Below, in pieces: positions 18,431 through 29,519 of a stretch of 64,000 bases of DNA. The position numbers and the translations under genes are program-made. The stretch's first letter is position 1. Every line of letters begins with the position of its first letter. Under the pieces are notes generated by a model. That model ran no database searches. It saw only the letters and a list, made by a program, of their open reading frames with translations, and was not told where the DNA came from. The DNA comes from Schmidtea polychroa (taxonomy: Eukaryota): assembly GCA_044892525.1 (NCBI GenBank), contig CM097887.1, positions 115,112,397 through 115,176,396 of the forward strand, in the 5' to 3' direction.

Positions 18431-19569
18431 AGATCTCAATCCAATGCAACTACATCGATCATGTTTAGTAAATTGAACGATTCTGACTTATATGTTCTCG
18501 TAAACCGTCTTCCCTTGATTTATATTAGTCCTGTAGTTTTAACTGTATAGCGTACTATGATAGTAGAATAAAGAAATTTTCGTCATTTCTTATTGTCAGT
18601 TTTTGTTTGATTAGCCATTATAAAGGTTCAGAGTAGGTTTTACAACCCAAGCGCAAACTTTAGTTCGAAAAGCATTAGACAATCTGTATATAACTCGGTG
18701 TCAGGTAGGGAAGGAAATGGTGGAGTGATCAGACGTAAGCCCTTCCATCGGCAGTCAGAAAAAGGAAGTCGAGGCCTCAGTAAGGAGTAGTCCTAAGGTA
18801 GGGGCTCACCTGCTTACTGGTGTCTCGCCGGCATAGCACATTTCCAACGTGGAGCAATTCACGGGTGCTATGTTGGAGTACAAGTTGTGCGGGGTCTTGC
18901 TCCGGATTGACGTAAGCACACTTAGCGTAAATGAATGGACACTCATCTCCTAGACAGGTGCGTAAATGAGTTAAGGTCAATCAAGCACTACCCCAGCACA
19001 AACATGATTTAAAAGATTGACACCATCATGGAAAACAAGGGTCAAAGATTACCCAGGTAAAAAGTCCAAAAATTCAAAAGTCTTAGAAATTTTTCTGCAC
19101 ATTTGAACTTTTATTTTTTAAAACTTTTAAAAACTTAAATGAGTTTTTTCACTGTGTTTTAATACATTAATCAATATAAGAAGAGAATGATATATTAATA
19201 ATATATGTATTGTCATTTAAAATAAAAAAAAATATATTCAAACCGTGTAAAGTTATATATAGTTGAAAAGAGCAAACGAATATCTACAGATGACATATTA
19301 TTCAACATATGATCATATAAATTGAACAAGATATTAAAATTAAAATTTTTAAAAATTTCAAAAATAAAGTTTATAAAAAAATAAAGTTTTGATATGTTTT
19401 AGGGTATCACAAAACGAATATTTTTCATTAAGGAACAATATCTTTAAAATGACTTAAAACATGTTTACATGTCTTTGTTAGTCATGTATTAGTTAATCAT
19501 ACATTTAAACGTCTTTATTATTCGTGCACTTCTATTGCACATGTCTTTGTTAATCATACATTGAAACTC

Positions 19570-19571
<2 letters not shown>

Positions 19572-19617
<46 letters not shown>

Positions 19618-19722
19618 ACTATTATTCAAAAATCACTTTAAAAAGGCTGTTCGAAAATACGTGAATATCAAAAAAACATCGATATCTCTACTGATTCATA
19701 GTAAATTTTTTAGTAAATACAA

Positions 19723-19781
<59 letters not shown>

Positions 19782-19900
19782 ACTATTATTCAAAAATCAC
19801 TTTAAAAAGGCTGTTCGAAAATACGTGAATATCAAAAAAACATCGATATCTCTACTGATTCATAGTAAATTTTTTAGTAAATACAATTTTTATTATTAAT
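19572..19900. repeat. (ATT)n microsatellites with a tandemly duplicated ~110-bp unique unit; third degenerate unit near 20210-20300
   Basis: AACTATTATTCAAAAATCAC...TACAATTTTT at 19617-19726 and 19781-19890, each preceded by (ATT)n. Confidence 0.85.
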
Positions 19901-19991
19901 ATTATTATTATTAGAACTTTTATTATTATCATTAGTTTTATTATTATTAATATTATTTAGTATAAAGTGATGATAGCAGCCTTAATTAAAT

Positions 19992-20190
19992 TTTAAAGCA
20001 ATTAAATGATAATTAAAGCCTTTTGCTGTGAATAATATATTTAATACAAATAAAAATATTTTAGACTATAAGATAACCATTTTTTGAAATTGAAAAAGCC
20101 TTACCTTGGTTAATAGTCGAAAATTTTTTTATTTGTATTAAATATATTATTCGCAACAAAAAGCTTAAATCATCATTTAATTGTTTTAAA
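19992..20190. repeat. Imperfect inverted repeat, ~70-bp arms with ~55-bp spacer (fold-back/MITE-like)
   Basis: TTTAAAGCAATTAAATGAT...TACAAATAAAAATATTTT matches the reverse complement of 20118-20190. Confidence 0.75.
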
Positions 20191-20637
20191 ATATTAATAT
20201 TATTATTATTTTTATTATTCAAAAATCACTGTACCGAAAATTAGTGAAAATCAATAAAAACATTGATATCTGTACTGATGCATTGTCAATTTTTATTATT
20301 ATTATTTTTATTCAAAACCCAATCAGATTTATACATTATTTGTATAAATAACGATTTATTATAAAAAAACATGCAATTAAAAATTTATATAATAATAGAA
20401 TTCTTCGCTAAAAATTAATACATTACGTTTTTAAAATGATTTTATGTTCCTGCTTTTAAAGATAATTATTACTCATAATAAATCCTTGTTAGTAGTATCC
20501 CATAGTAGCAGAACATTCTGACAATAGAAACCTTTTAGCAGAACCCAAAGAATAGGACATCGTGAGATGATTTTATCTGGATGAACCAAAGTATACAAAT
20601 ATTTAGAAATTGGCTAAAATTATCATGTTTTTAAAAA

Positions 20638-20770
20638 TATTATCTTTAAATAAAATAATGCGTTTCGATATCAAATCAATAATTTTCACCTATATTTGTA
20701 TTACTAATACAAATATAGGTGAAAATTATAGATTTGCTATCGAAATGCATTATTTTATTTAAAGATAATA
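20638..20770. repeat. Near-perfect 133-bp palindrome
   Basis: 66-bp arms centred on C20704 (...TATTTGTATTA C TAATACAAATA...) with a few mismatches. Confidence 0.85.
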
Positions 20771-21763
20771 CAGTATTACCATTTCATTTGAATATCTATC
20801 ATGTGATGGCGAAAATTACCATATTTAACTAACTTTAACCTCAAATTACATAAAATTTTGTAAAAGTTACCCTAACAGCAATTTATTTATAACAAATTTA
20901 AACAAATTATCTAATATTTTGTTAAATATTTCCTTAAAATGTATTTCTAACTAAATTAATTTTCTGAATGTAATTGCAAATACTAATTGGGTATAAAAAT
21001 GATCATCTTTTTACTAAATTATCTAAGATTTTGCTAAAAATGATTTAAAAAGTCCATTTATGTTCAGATATATGCTTATATTGTCTATAGACTTGCTTAG
21101 ATACAACAAAATGACAAAGATAACCAATATTCATAAAATAGTCAAACGTTTCTCAAAATGTGTATGTTGTACCAAAGAAATTTGATAAAAGTTACTAATA
21201 TATAAAGATTTGTTATCCTATGTGACCATGTATTTCTCACAAAATGTTACATAAATATTTATACCCGACGATTATCTATTTCTCATTAAATTACCTAAGA
21301 AATGTTACTCTATATGACCATTTATTTCGATCTAATATACGTAAGCGCTCGAATTGGTTAGAGGATAGCCAAATAATTGTTTCTATAATAACTAAATAGC
21401 ATGGAATTCTAACAAAAGATATACAATTGACTGAAATTACTCTAAATGATAAAGTATTTCTCCCAAAATTTCCAAGCTAAAATGGATCTGAAAGAATGAA
21501 GATTTAGTAAAATTAATAATTTAACACAAAATGGAAGATAATATGTTATATATATATATATATATATATTGAAATTAATCTAAATTTTTTAATATTGATT
21601 TTAATGGCTATATTTGTCATACAAAAGCTATATAAAATTTAATTTTTATTTATTAAAATTTAATTTGAGTTGATTTCTTAGAATTTTTGGGAATTACTAA
21701 AATGTTATGGAAATTGTTATATAATAATCGTTTGACTTAAACTAGGGTTTAGAGACATTCATC

Positions 21764-22450
21764 ATGAAAATTTTACTTATTATATTTTTCTCATACACTA
21801 GTTTGTTAGACGCGTGTGTGCGTTCAAATATTAGAATTGAACTATCAAAATCCAAAGTTGTGGTTCCTTTGGCATCAATATTCCAATTCAATGCAACATT
21901 TCCATTGGAAGAGTTGACTGACTATAAATTCAACATTTCGTTTACAAAATCCTCAAAAGTAAAAGAACTAGATCGCGTCATCATATTTCTAGCTTTCAAT
22001 AAAGAAGTTAAATCGCTGATATTTCTATCAAAGCTGTCTTACAAGGAAATTAACTATGGCACTCCACAATTGTTTTCCATTTCAAATTATACATTTCAAT
22101 CTAGGTTGGTAAATGGAAAATTGAGATTTCGAGAAATCGCTACCAATAAACAATTCAATGTGATGGCATTTACCTATTCTCATAATGAAATTGATGGTCT
22201 CTACAATCAATTTGATGAAAAATGGGCAAGCTTTAATCAAACTGTAATCTATAGGTCGACCCTGCTAATAAATAAGCAGCCTATTCTCAAATCACTTGTG
22301 GATATTCTAATGGAACATTTATGGATTTTGATTATTATCAGCATTCCAGCAATTATTTTAATTGGAGTTTTTCTCTTTCAATCCGTGGAAATATGTTTAA
22401 AGCGCAAAGAAAAGAAACCACAAGAAAAATTGACTGAGTTCTCCCTTTAA
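21764..22450 (+). CDS. Single-exon type I membrane protein, uncharacterised family (paralog A)
   Basis: Signal-like N-terminus, C-terminal TM LWILIIISIPAIILIGVFLF, basic tail; paralogs at 44295 and 47438. Confidence 0.8.
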   Translation: MKILLIIFFSYTSLLDACVRSNIRIELSKSKVVVPLASIFQFNATFPLEELTDYKFNISFTKSSKVKELDRVIIFLAFNKEVKSLIFLSKLSYKEINYGTPQLFSISNYTFQSRLVNGKLRFREIATNKQFNVMAFTYSHNEIDGLYNQFDEKWASFNQTVIYRSTLLINKQPILKSLVDILMEHLWILIIISIPAIILIGVFLFQSVEICLKRKEKKPQEKLTEFSL

Positions 22451-23376
22451 TATAACTGATAGTTATTTGTAATTTCCAGCTGTCCCGGTTTATTTTACAG
22501 ATGAAATGTAGGCTTTTATCTATTTGTGATTTGGAAATTAGTTTTGTATAAAATATATTTCTATGTTCTGATGAAAAATATTTTTTTAATTATTATGTAT
22601 TAACAATTATTAGAAAGCGCCACTCAAACATCCGTTCGACGATTTATTTCGACAGTCGCAATGTCATCAGCAGGTCAGATAGAATAGAAAAAACTAAATA
22701 TAATAGATTCAAGAATTATTGATTTTTAATGAAATTATAATATGTTTAAATTTTCAAATTTAAATATTTAAAATAATTTTAATATAATTTCAAAAATCTG
22801 TTAAACTGATTAATATAATAATGTAACCATTTCATACATTTGTAAGCGCATATAATACTATTAAGAAATAAGATATCAATGTATTGTATTCTTGTGATTA
22901 AAATTAAAAATAATTTTGATCTAAAAACTTTTGATCAACTTTCAATTTATCTTTTAATTTAGGAAATTGTTTTTTAATGTGTTGTTTAAAATTGTTAAAA
23001 AAAAGTTTGTAATTAGATATCGCGCGTAAGAAATTTTTATATTAAATTATTGCTTATTAAAATCGGAATAACTAATTATATCTATTATTCAAGTCATATA
23101 ATGGTATCAGAAGAAAGATAAATTCGAGGCTTATATTAATATCTAAATATGGAATTGTATAAATTAATTAAACGCTGTGGATTTTATTATGCAATTCAAG
23201 ATATCAGCTACAAATAAGTTAGATTGTGAAAATAAAAGTGATGAAATTCTCTAAACTGCTCATTTTACGTCTAATTCAGAAATTTAATAGCCTCTATAAT
23301 ACACGTTGGGGTGCACACCAGTTGAGGTGACTCGCCATTTATGAGAAAATAAAGTTTATAACTTCATTTATTCAAT

Positions 23377-23863
23377 TTTTAAAAATGGTTTTCAGGTAAG
23401 TTTTTTAATTTTAAATAACTTTTAAGACTTGAATTTTGATTTTATATATTTATGAGATCATTATTCAAGTTCTTAAATATTACTCTTAGTCAGTATTTAT
23501 AATATAAAATATTAATAATTAAATTTCAGGTGTTTTTTTAGGAATTTTATGAAATTAATTGGAATTATTTCGATATGATGTGAGTCAGATATATTTTTAA
23601 CTATAAATAAATAAAGTAATCACCGAAGATATCTATTTTTTTATATTTTCTGATGCTACCTTTGATTTTGCTGAATATTATTTCTTTTGGATTGAGGAAT
23701 GTGTTATATGGTGGTAGATGTTCAATTTAATTATTTGGAGTTATTGCTCCACTATGAATTGAAGCATTGTCATGAATGAGACGGTATCCTGTCCCATGGA
23801 TCAAAATCCAAGCCTTAAAACTTACTTAAAATTAAACATCTTACCTGAAAGCCATTTCTAAAA
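23377..23863. repeat. Segment bounded by ~63-bp imperfect inverted repeats
   Basis: 23377-23439 matches the reverse complement of 23801-23863; no TSD seen. Confidence 0.55.
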
Positions 23864-25129
23864 TGGCTAAAATAAATTAAATTAATTAAACGTTTATTAA
23901 GGATTAATTAATAATAAGAATACTAACAAGTTTGAGCTTGGTGTTTTTGATAATTTCATTTATATTTGGTCGAAAAAATGACGATGCTACTCTCATTGTC
24001 TTCTACATTTAATAATCTTGATTTTTTTAGTTTTATTGTTAGTTAATGCCGAAAATCCGAATTATTTTTGAATAATTTTCATGGTTTTTTGTGATTTTTG
24101 ACATTTTATGAATTTTTTTGGAATTATTTCGATATATTATAAATCTAAAATTTCGCGGCAGTGGTTGAGAATCACTGTTATAGAAGTTATTAAATTTCGG
24201 TATTAGTTGTAGAAATAATTTCAAACTAAAAAATTGCATTTCAATTGACTCAAAATTTTACTGCTAAAATAACAATATCTAAGAATGTTATGATAATAAA
24301 CAATCATTTTAAAACGAACTATTTTCAATAGCTATGGTAGTTGAATTTTTTCTGCTGAGTTACAACATCCAAACACTCTTTTTCATGTGATTCGGTTGCG
24401 CTCAACATTTTCCTTATAAATTTTATTACAAATAACACTAAATAATAATAAAATAAAATAATACTATTGGCCATACCCGTTGAGTGAATGATATTGGTAA
24501 GGTGTCAAATGGGGAATGTTCTCGAAAAGTGAGAGCATCTCAATTCATTATAATCGGCATTATAAACGAAAATTCGTACCCCGCTGTTCCGTCTTTCATG
24601 TCAGGTCTCAATATCTATTAGTTAATTTGAATCAAAAGTCTGATTTCGGTTTTAAATTGCGATGTATTTCGTTATTATAATTTGAGGCCTTTAACTTCAA
24701 TCGACTCCGTCGTTCTGCTGCTTCTAGTTGTTACACTCTACTCGAAATGCCTTTATTTCTCATTGTGTTTCCTAATTAGACATAACAGATCAAAGTTTTC
24801 GGATTGTGCGTTCCACTAGAGAACTCCAACTAGAATACACCAAAAAAATAAATATTAAAATAATCTATTTATTAATCTAACTTACTCATATATGAAACAT
24901 TTTGAAAATGGATGAAATTAGAAGAATACACATATCCCCCGATTTACACGGTACTTTTTTAACACGGTTTCAAAAATTATCAGTTTTTTGGAAATTTAGT
25001 TTCATAAATTTGCTGCATTAAATATTTCTTCATTCCATTTCATTTATTCCACTCCGAAAGAAAAGTCAGAATATTGAGGATTGTGATGATTAAAATTCAG
25101 TAATACACTATGTTTTATAAAATGAATTA

Positions 25130-27480
25130 CCCTAAGTTCTTGTCTATAAGCCGGACTCGTGCATAAACCGGTTTCTCTAAATCACATATATTAAAAAAAT
25201 TTTTTTTTATCTTAGATAAGCCGGACTCATGGATAAGCCGTAAAGTTTTTAAGTAATTTCGCGCATATTTATTGGACCTCAACGTGCGTAATGGCATCCC
25301 GTTGATCTTTTACAGCAAGATAGTCTACAAAACCGCATAATAGGAAATGGCCCTCATATGGTAGCAGACTGGTTTATCCATCCAAAGATTTATTAAACTA
25401 TCCAAAGATTTATTAAAAAAATAAGATGCGTGCATAGTTTTGCATATTTAAAAGAAATGAAATTTTTGAATTTAATTGAAATTAACATTATGAGCTTGAA
25501 GAAAAAAAGAGGAAGGCCTGAAAAAATAAGGAAAAACGTCAGCAATTTGAAAGAATAAAGTTGCCTTTCTTTTTTTATTTTATTTTTTATTTTTTAATAT
25601 TTAATGTTAAATTTTCGTAGTTTTGGTTGTTTTCATGCGTAAGTGTTTTTTATTGATCCACAAGTCAAAAATATTAGGTATTTTAAAATGCAAAGATTTT
25701 TTATTTTTATATTAAGATTTTATTTGTTTTAAAATATATTTCTAAGTTTTTTTTATTTGAAAGGCCATTTTTATTGGATACTTTAGTAATTTATTGGATT
25801 TTTAATAAAATATTGGATAAAAATAATATTGAGCTATAAAAAAATATGCGGGTAAACTCACTTTCGTTTCTATAACCTCGGCATATACGATTTTCGGGTT
25901 TAAAATCTTTTTGTTTTAATTGCCATTTGACACGTGTGTGCAGCAATAAATAAATACCATCTTATCATAAAAATTTCTTTAATCCCTGGTAAAATGCAAA
26001 ATATTTTTGGAAATGCAAAGAAGACTCGAAAATCTTATCCCAATCACCGTAAACTAGAAGCGGTGAAATATTCAGAAGAGTATGGCAATGCGGCAGCAGC
26101 TAAGGAGTTTGGAACAGATGAGTCAAATATCCGGAGGTGGAAAAAACAAAAGCCTGTTATTAAAGCGATGCCTCCGAAGAAGCGTTGCCGTCGTTCTCGA
26201 AAAGAGTTCTGGCCGGAATTAAAGCTGCATTTGAAAGCGTGGATTCTCTCTATACGCAATGAGAATAGACGAGTAACGACCACTGGAATTCGTTTGAAAG
26301 CGAAGGAATTGGCGAAACACTTAAAAATCAACAACTTTAATGGCAGCAAGTGTTGGTGTTTTCTGTTCATGAAACGACATAATTTAACTGTAAGAGCTAC
26401 TACATCTATAGGACAAAAGTTGCCAGTCGATTGGGTAGAAAAAATGGCTGTTTTTGGCGAGTTTGTCAAAAATGCGACCAATGGAGTCAATCACGAACAG
26501 ATCGGTAATATGGACGAAATTTCCATCAGTTTCGATATGCCCAGTGGATATACGGTTGACACAAAGGGATCCACAGATGTTAGAATTACTACAACTGGCA
26601 GTGAAAAGTGTAATTTCACTGTTGTCTTGTGTGTTACAGCTAACGGGGGAAAATGCAAACCTTTAGTGATTTTCAAGCGCAAAACAATACCTAAAGATGT
26701 CTTTCCTAAAGGAGTAATTGTTACTGCAAACGAAAAAGGGTGGGTCGATGGAAGTATTGTTAACTATTGGTTAGAGAATATTTGGTGTAAACGCAAAAAT
26801 TCATTGTTTTGCAATAAATCTGTTTTAATATATGATTCAGCTCGGCCACATATCACGCAAGATGTCAAAGATAATGTGGGAAAATATTCCCAGTTGGTCG
26901 TAATCCCCGGGGGCCTGACATCAAAATTACAACCCCTGGATCTAAGTGTTAATAAATCCTTTAAATCAAAAATACGTGATAAATGGGAGAACTGGATGGT
27001 CAATGGATATCATTCGTTTACTAAGTCGGGACAAATTAAAAAGGCCTCATATTCAGAAGTATGTCGGTGGATCGACGAATGCTGGGATGAAATAACGGTG
27101 GATTGCATTAAAAATGGATTTAAGGCTGCGAATATCTGTGAATATTCAAATGAAGAGGCAATAAGGGTCACTTGTAGCGAAGAAGAATTTGAAGAAGAAT
27201 CCGAGAGCGAAATTGAATCAGAAATTCCAGCATCTTATAATGATATTCTTGAGTTTTTCAATACTGAATCAGGAGAAGAATTTGATGGCTTTGATTAATC
27301 GAGAATTTAAATTAAAATAGAAAATTATTAGTGGGCAAATATTTTTTTAAAAATGCATAACCTTTTCATTTAATATATTTTGTGTATAAGCCGTACTTAT
27401 GTATAAGCCGATACTGTTTTTATGAATGTCGGGTTGATTTTTTTTTAGATAAGCCGCGGCTTATAGACAAGAACTTAGGG
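25130..27480 (+). mobile_element. Complete pogo-type (Tc1/mariner superfamily) DNA transposon
   Basis: Perfect 24-bp TIRs CCCTAAGTTCTTGTCTATAAGCCG (25130-25153 and 27457-27480), TA on both flanks, repeated subterminal ATAAGCCG. Confidence 0.95.
25994..27298 (+). CDS. pogo transposase (Brinker-like HTH, CENP-B HTH, DDE_1; DD34D by hand count)
   Basis: AAAKEFG, FNGSKCWCFLFMKRH, NMDEI, IYDSARPH, LQPLDLSVN; uninterrupted; first ATG at 25994. Confidence 0.92.
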   Translation: MQNIFGNAKKTRKSYPNHRKLEAVKYSEEYGNAAAAKEFGTDESNIRRWKKQKPVIKAMPPKKRCRRSRKEFWPELKLHLKAWILSIRNENRRVTTTGIRLKAKELAKHLKINNFNGSKCWCFLFMKRHNLTVRATTSIGQKLPVDWVEKMAVFGEFVKNATNGVNHEQIGNMDEISISFDMPSGYTVDTKGSTDVRITTTGSEKCNFTVVLCVTANGGKCKPLVIFKRKTIPKDVFPKGVIVTANEKGWVDGSIVNYWLENIWCKRKNSLFCNKSVLIYDSARPHITQDVKDNVGKYSQLVVIPGGLTSKLQPLDLSVNKSFKSKIRDKWENWMVNGYHSFTKSGQIKKASYSEVCRWIDECWDEITVDCIKNGFKAANICEYSNEEAIRVTCSEEEFEEESESEIESEIPASYNDILEFFNTESGEEFDGFD

Positions 27481-29225
27481 TATACTTTTTGATTCTTTTT
27501 AATTTATTATAAACTTTGCATTTTTTTACATTTAAACAGTTTTATATTCAATGTTTCAGTTTCCATTGATTTCTGGGTTCGATTTTCGAGTTTATTACTA
27601 TGTTGGAAGCAATCTCTTACTAATGTGTTATGTCTTTGTCCCTATTTACACGATTTCGATTTACAAAGAATTCTCGGTAACCAATCTAACGTGTAAGTCA
27701 GTGGATAAGTGGATAATACTCCTGTTTTTTTTTTATTAGAAATAATGATCTTTTAAAAGTTGTATTAAAAAACAGGTTGAAAAAGTGTTTAGAGTAATCA
27801 TTAGAATAAATTATTTATTTTATCATGTAAAATGTAGACACAAATTCAACAATTATCAATACTAGAATTAATATTTTAATTTTCCGTCTCTTCTTTTAAG
27901 GGGCCTAACTTTTTATTAATACAATATATTTTTTATTTGTAAATTAGTTATTTAAATATCCCTAACATCTCCCCTGTTTAAAAGGTTTTAGTCATTCAAC
28001 GTTGCGAATTATAATTTTTCCATCTGTCTCGTAATTCATAAATTTTTGCATGGATCTTTCTAACAACGGTAAAAGGTCATGTATATCGGTCTTCTTTTTT
28101 TCTCACATCTACTTAAATTAAAACTTTTTCATTTATATCGAATTCTCGGTGTATCCAGTTCTCATTTTTATAATTTAAATTTCTTTGTTTTGATTGCACT
28201 TTCTCCACTATTTTACTTCTATCGTTGTATATTCTTTTATTATTGTTCCATTCTCTAGATATAGGGAAACCAAATACTGCTTCTGACGGGTTCTTTCCAA
28301 TTGTGCTATGAATAGTAGCATTTAAATTAAACTCAATTTCAGGTAACACTTCAACCCAATTCCTCTTAAGTTTATCTCTTAATGATATATTGATAAAATC
28401 TGGTATTGTTCGAAATTGTCTTTCAATCATACCATTATTATTATGATGATAAGGGCTAGAAAATTGTAGCTGCATATTGTGACTATTTGCCAACTCTTTT
28501 ATCAAATTAGACTCAAATGTTTTTCCATCATCAACATGAATAACTCTCGATGCCCAATATTTTAATATCCAGAATTTCACAATAGTATCCACTGTAGTTT
28601 TTTCGTCTTGCTTTGCTACTACTGTCAACGAAATGTATCGATTACACACACATATATATATATATATTCCCCACAATATATTTCTTTCCATGAACGTTTA
28701 CCTGCAAGGGCCCACAAAAAACTATCGCTATAACATCAAACGGTTATATGCAACTATTTATTTTGTTTTTGTTGTCAAAGTTTTTCGTTGCTGACATATT
28801 TCACAACTTTGTATATATTGAGTCGCGATTGTATTTAATTCCTCCTTATCGTAATTAACTTTTATATAATAGATTACCTTCTTACATCCAGCGTGACACA
28901 GCATTTTGTACATATTATTGATAAATACTATTTTATTTTCTTTTGGAATCCAATTTTTTTCTCTTGATATAATTAAATCTTCGTTGATTTTAAATCTTGT
29001 AGTTTCATTTTTATCAATTGATTTTCTCATATGTTCTATCTCTTCATTACCTTTTTGCCATTGAAATACATGTTTAGTAGCTGTTATTGCCAACAATCTG
29101 GTTTTTATTTTCTGTCTTTGCATCTTCATGTATTTCCATACACTGTGTACATCTCCAAAATCTATCTCTCATTTTTATCATTCAATATTTAATTTTCGAT
29201 ATTTAATGTCCATATCTAAACTACT

Positions 29226-29519
29226 TGTTAGACGCAATTAAATTCAAGTCTTCTTCAAGCATTTATTTTTATAACAACTTCAAAAATTGAGCCGTTTGCT
29301 AGAATATTTAAACACCTAGGCGTGATAATTAATAATATTAATGTAATTACTGGTCATACATTTAATTGATTTAATTTAATATAATTTAATATAATATGGT
29401 ATAATTTAATATAGAATTTAAATATACAAATTTAACAGAAATAATTATTTCTACTAACTGATCTCACTTCTACCATTTAACCATAATAATTTTATATAGA
29501 GATTTACTAACTCCTTACA
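29226..29519 (-). repeat. 3' LTR of the young Gypsy
   Basis: Direct repeat of 33940-34233. Confidence 0.95.

Larger units (their letters stand above)
1..18980 (+). mobile_element. 3' portion of a giant Ty3/Gypsy LTR retroelement with env-like and accessory genes (5' end and gag outside the window; right boundary approximate)
   Basis: PR-RT-RH-IN domain order in ORF 575..6871; nine co-oriented + strand ORFs with a shared A-rich composition; unique sequence of moderate GC runs to ~18980 before AT-rich repeats begin. No LTR pair can be checked in the window. Confidence 0.85.

Noticed and set aside
16011-18720. Candidate 3' LTR starts at 16022 (GAGGAGACC|TGT) or 18718 (AGGTAGGGAAGGAAA|TG)
   Set aside because: No second LTR, TSD or clear CA end in the window, so boundaries are not called.
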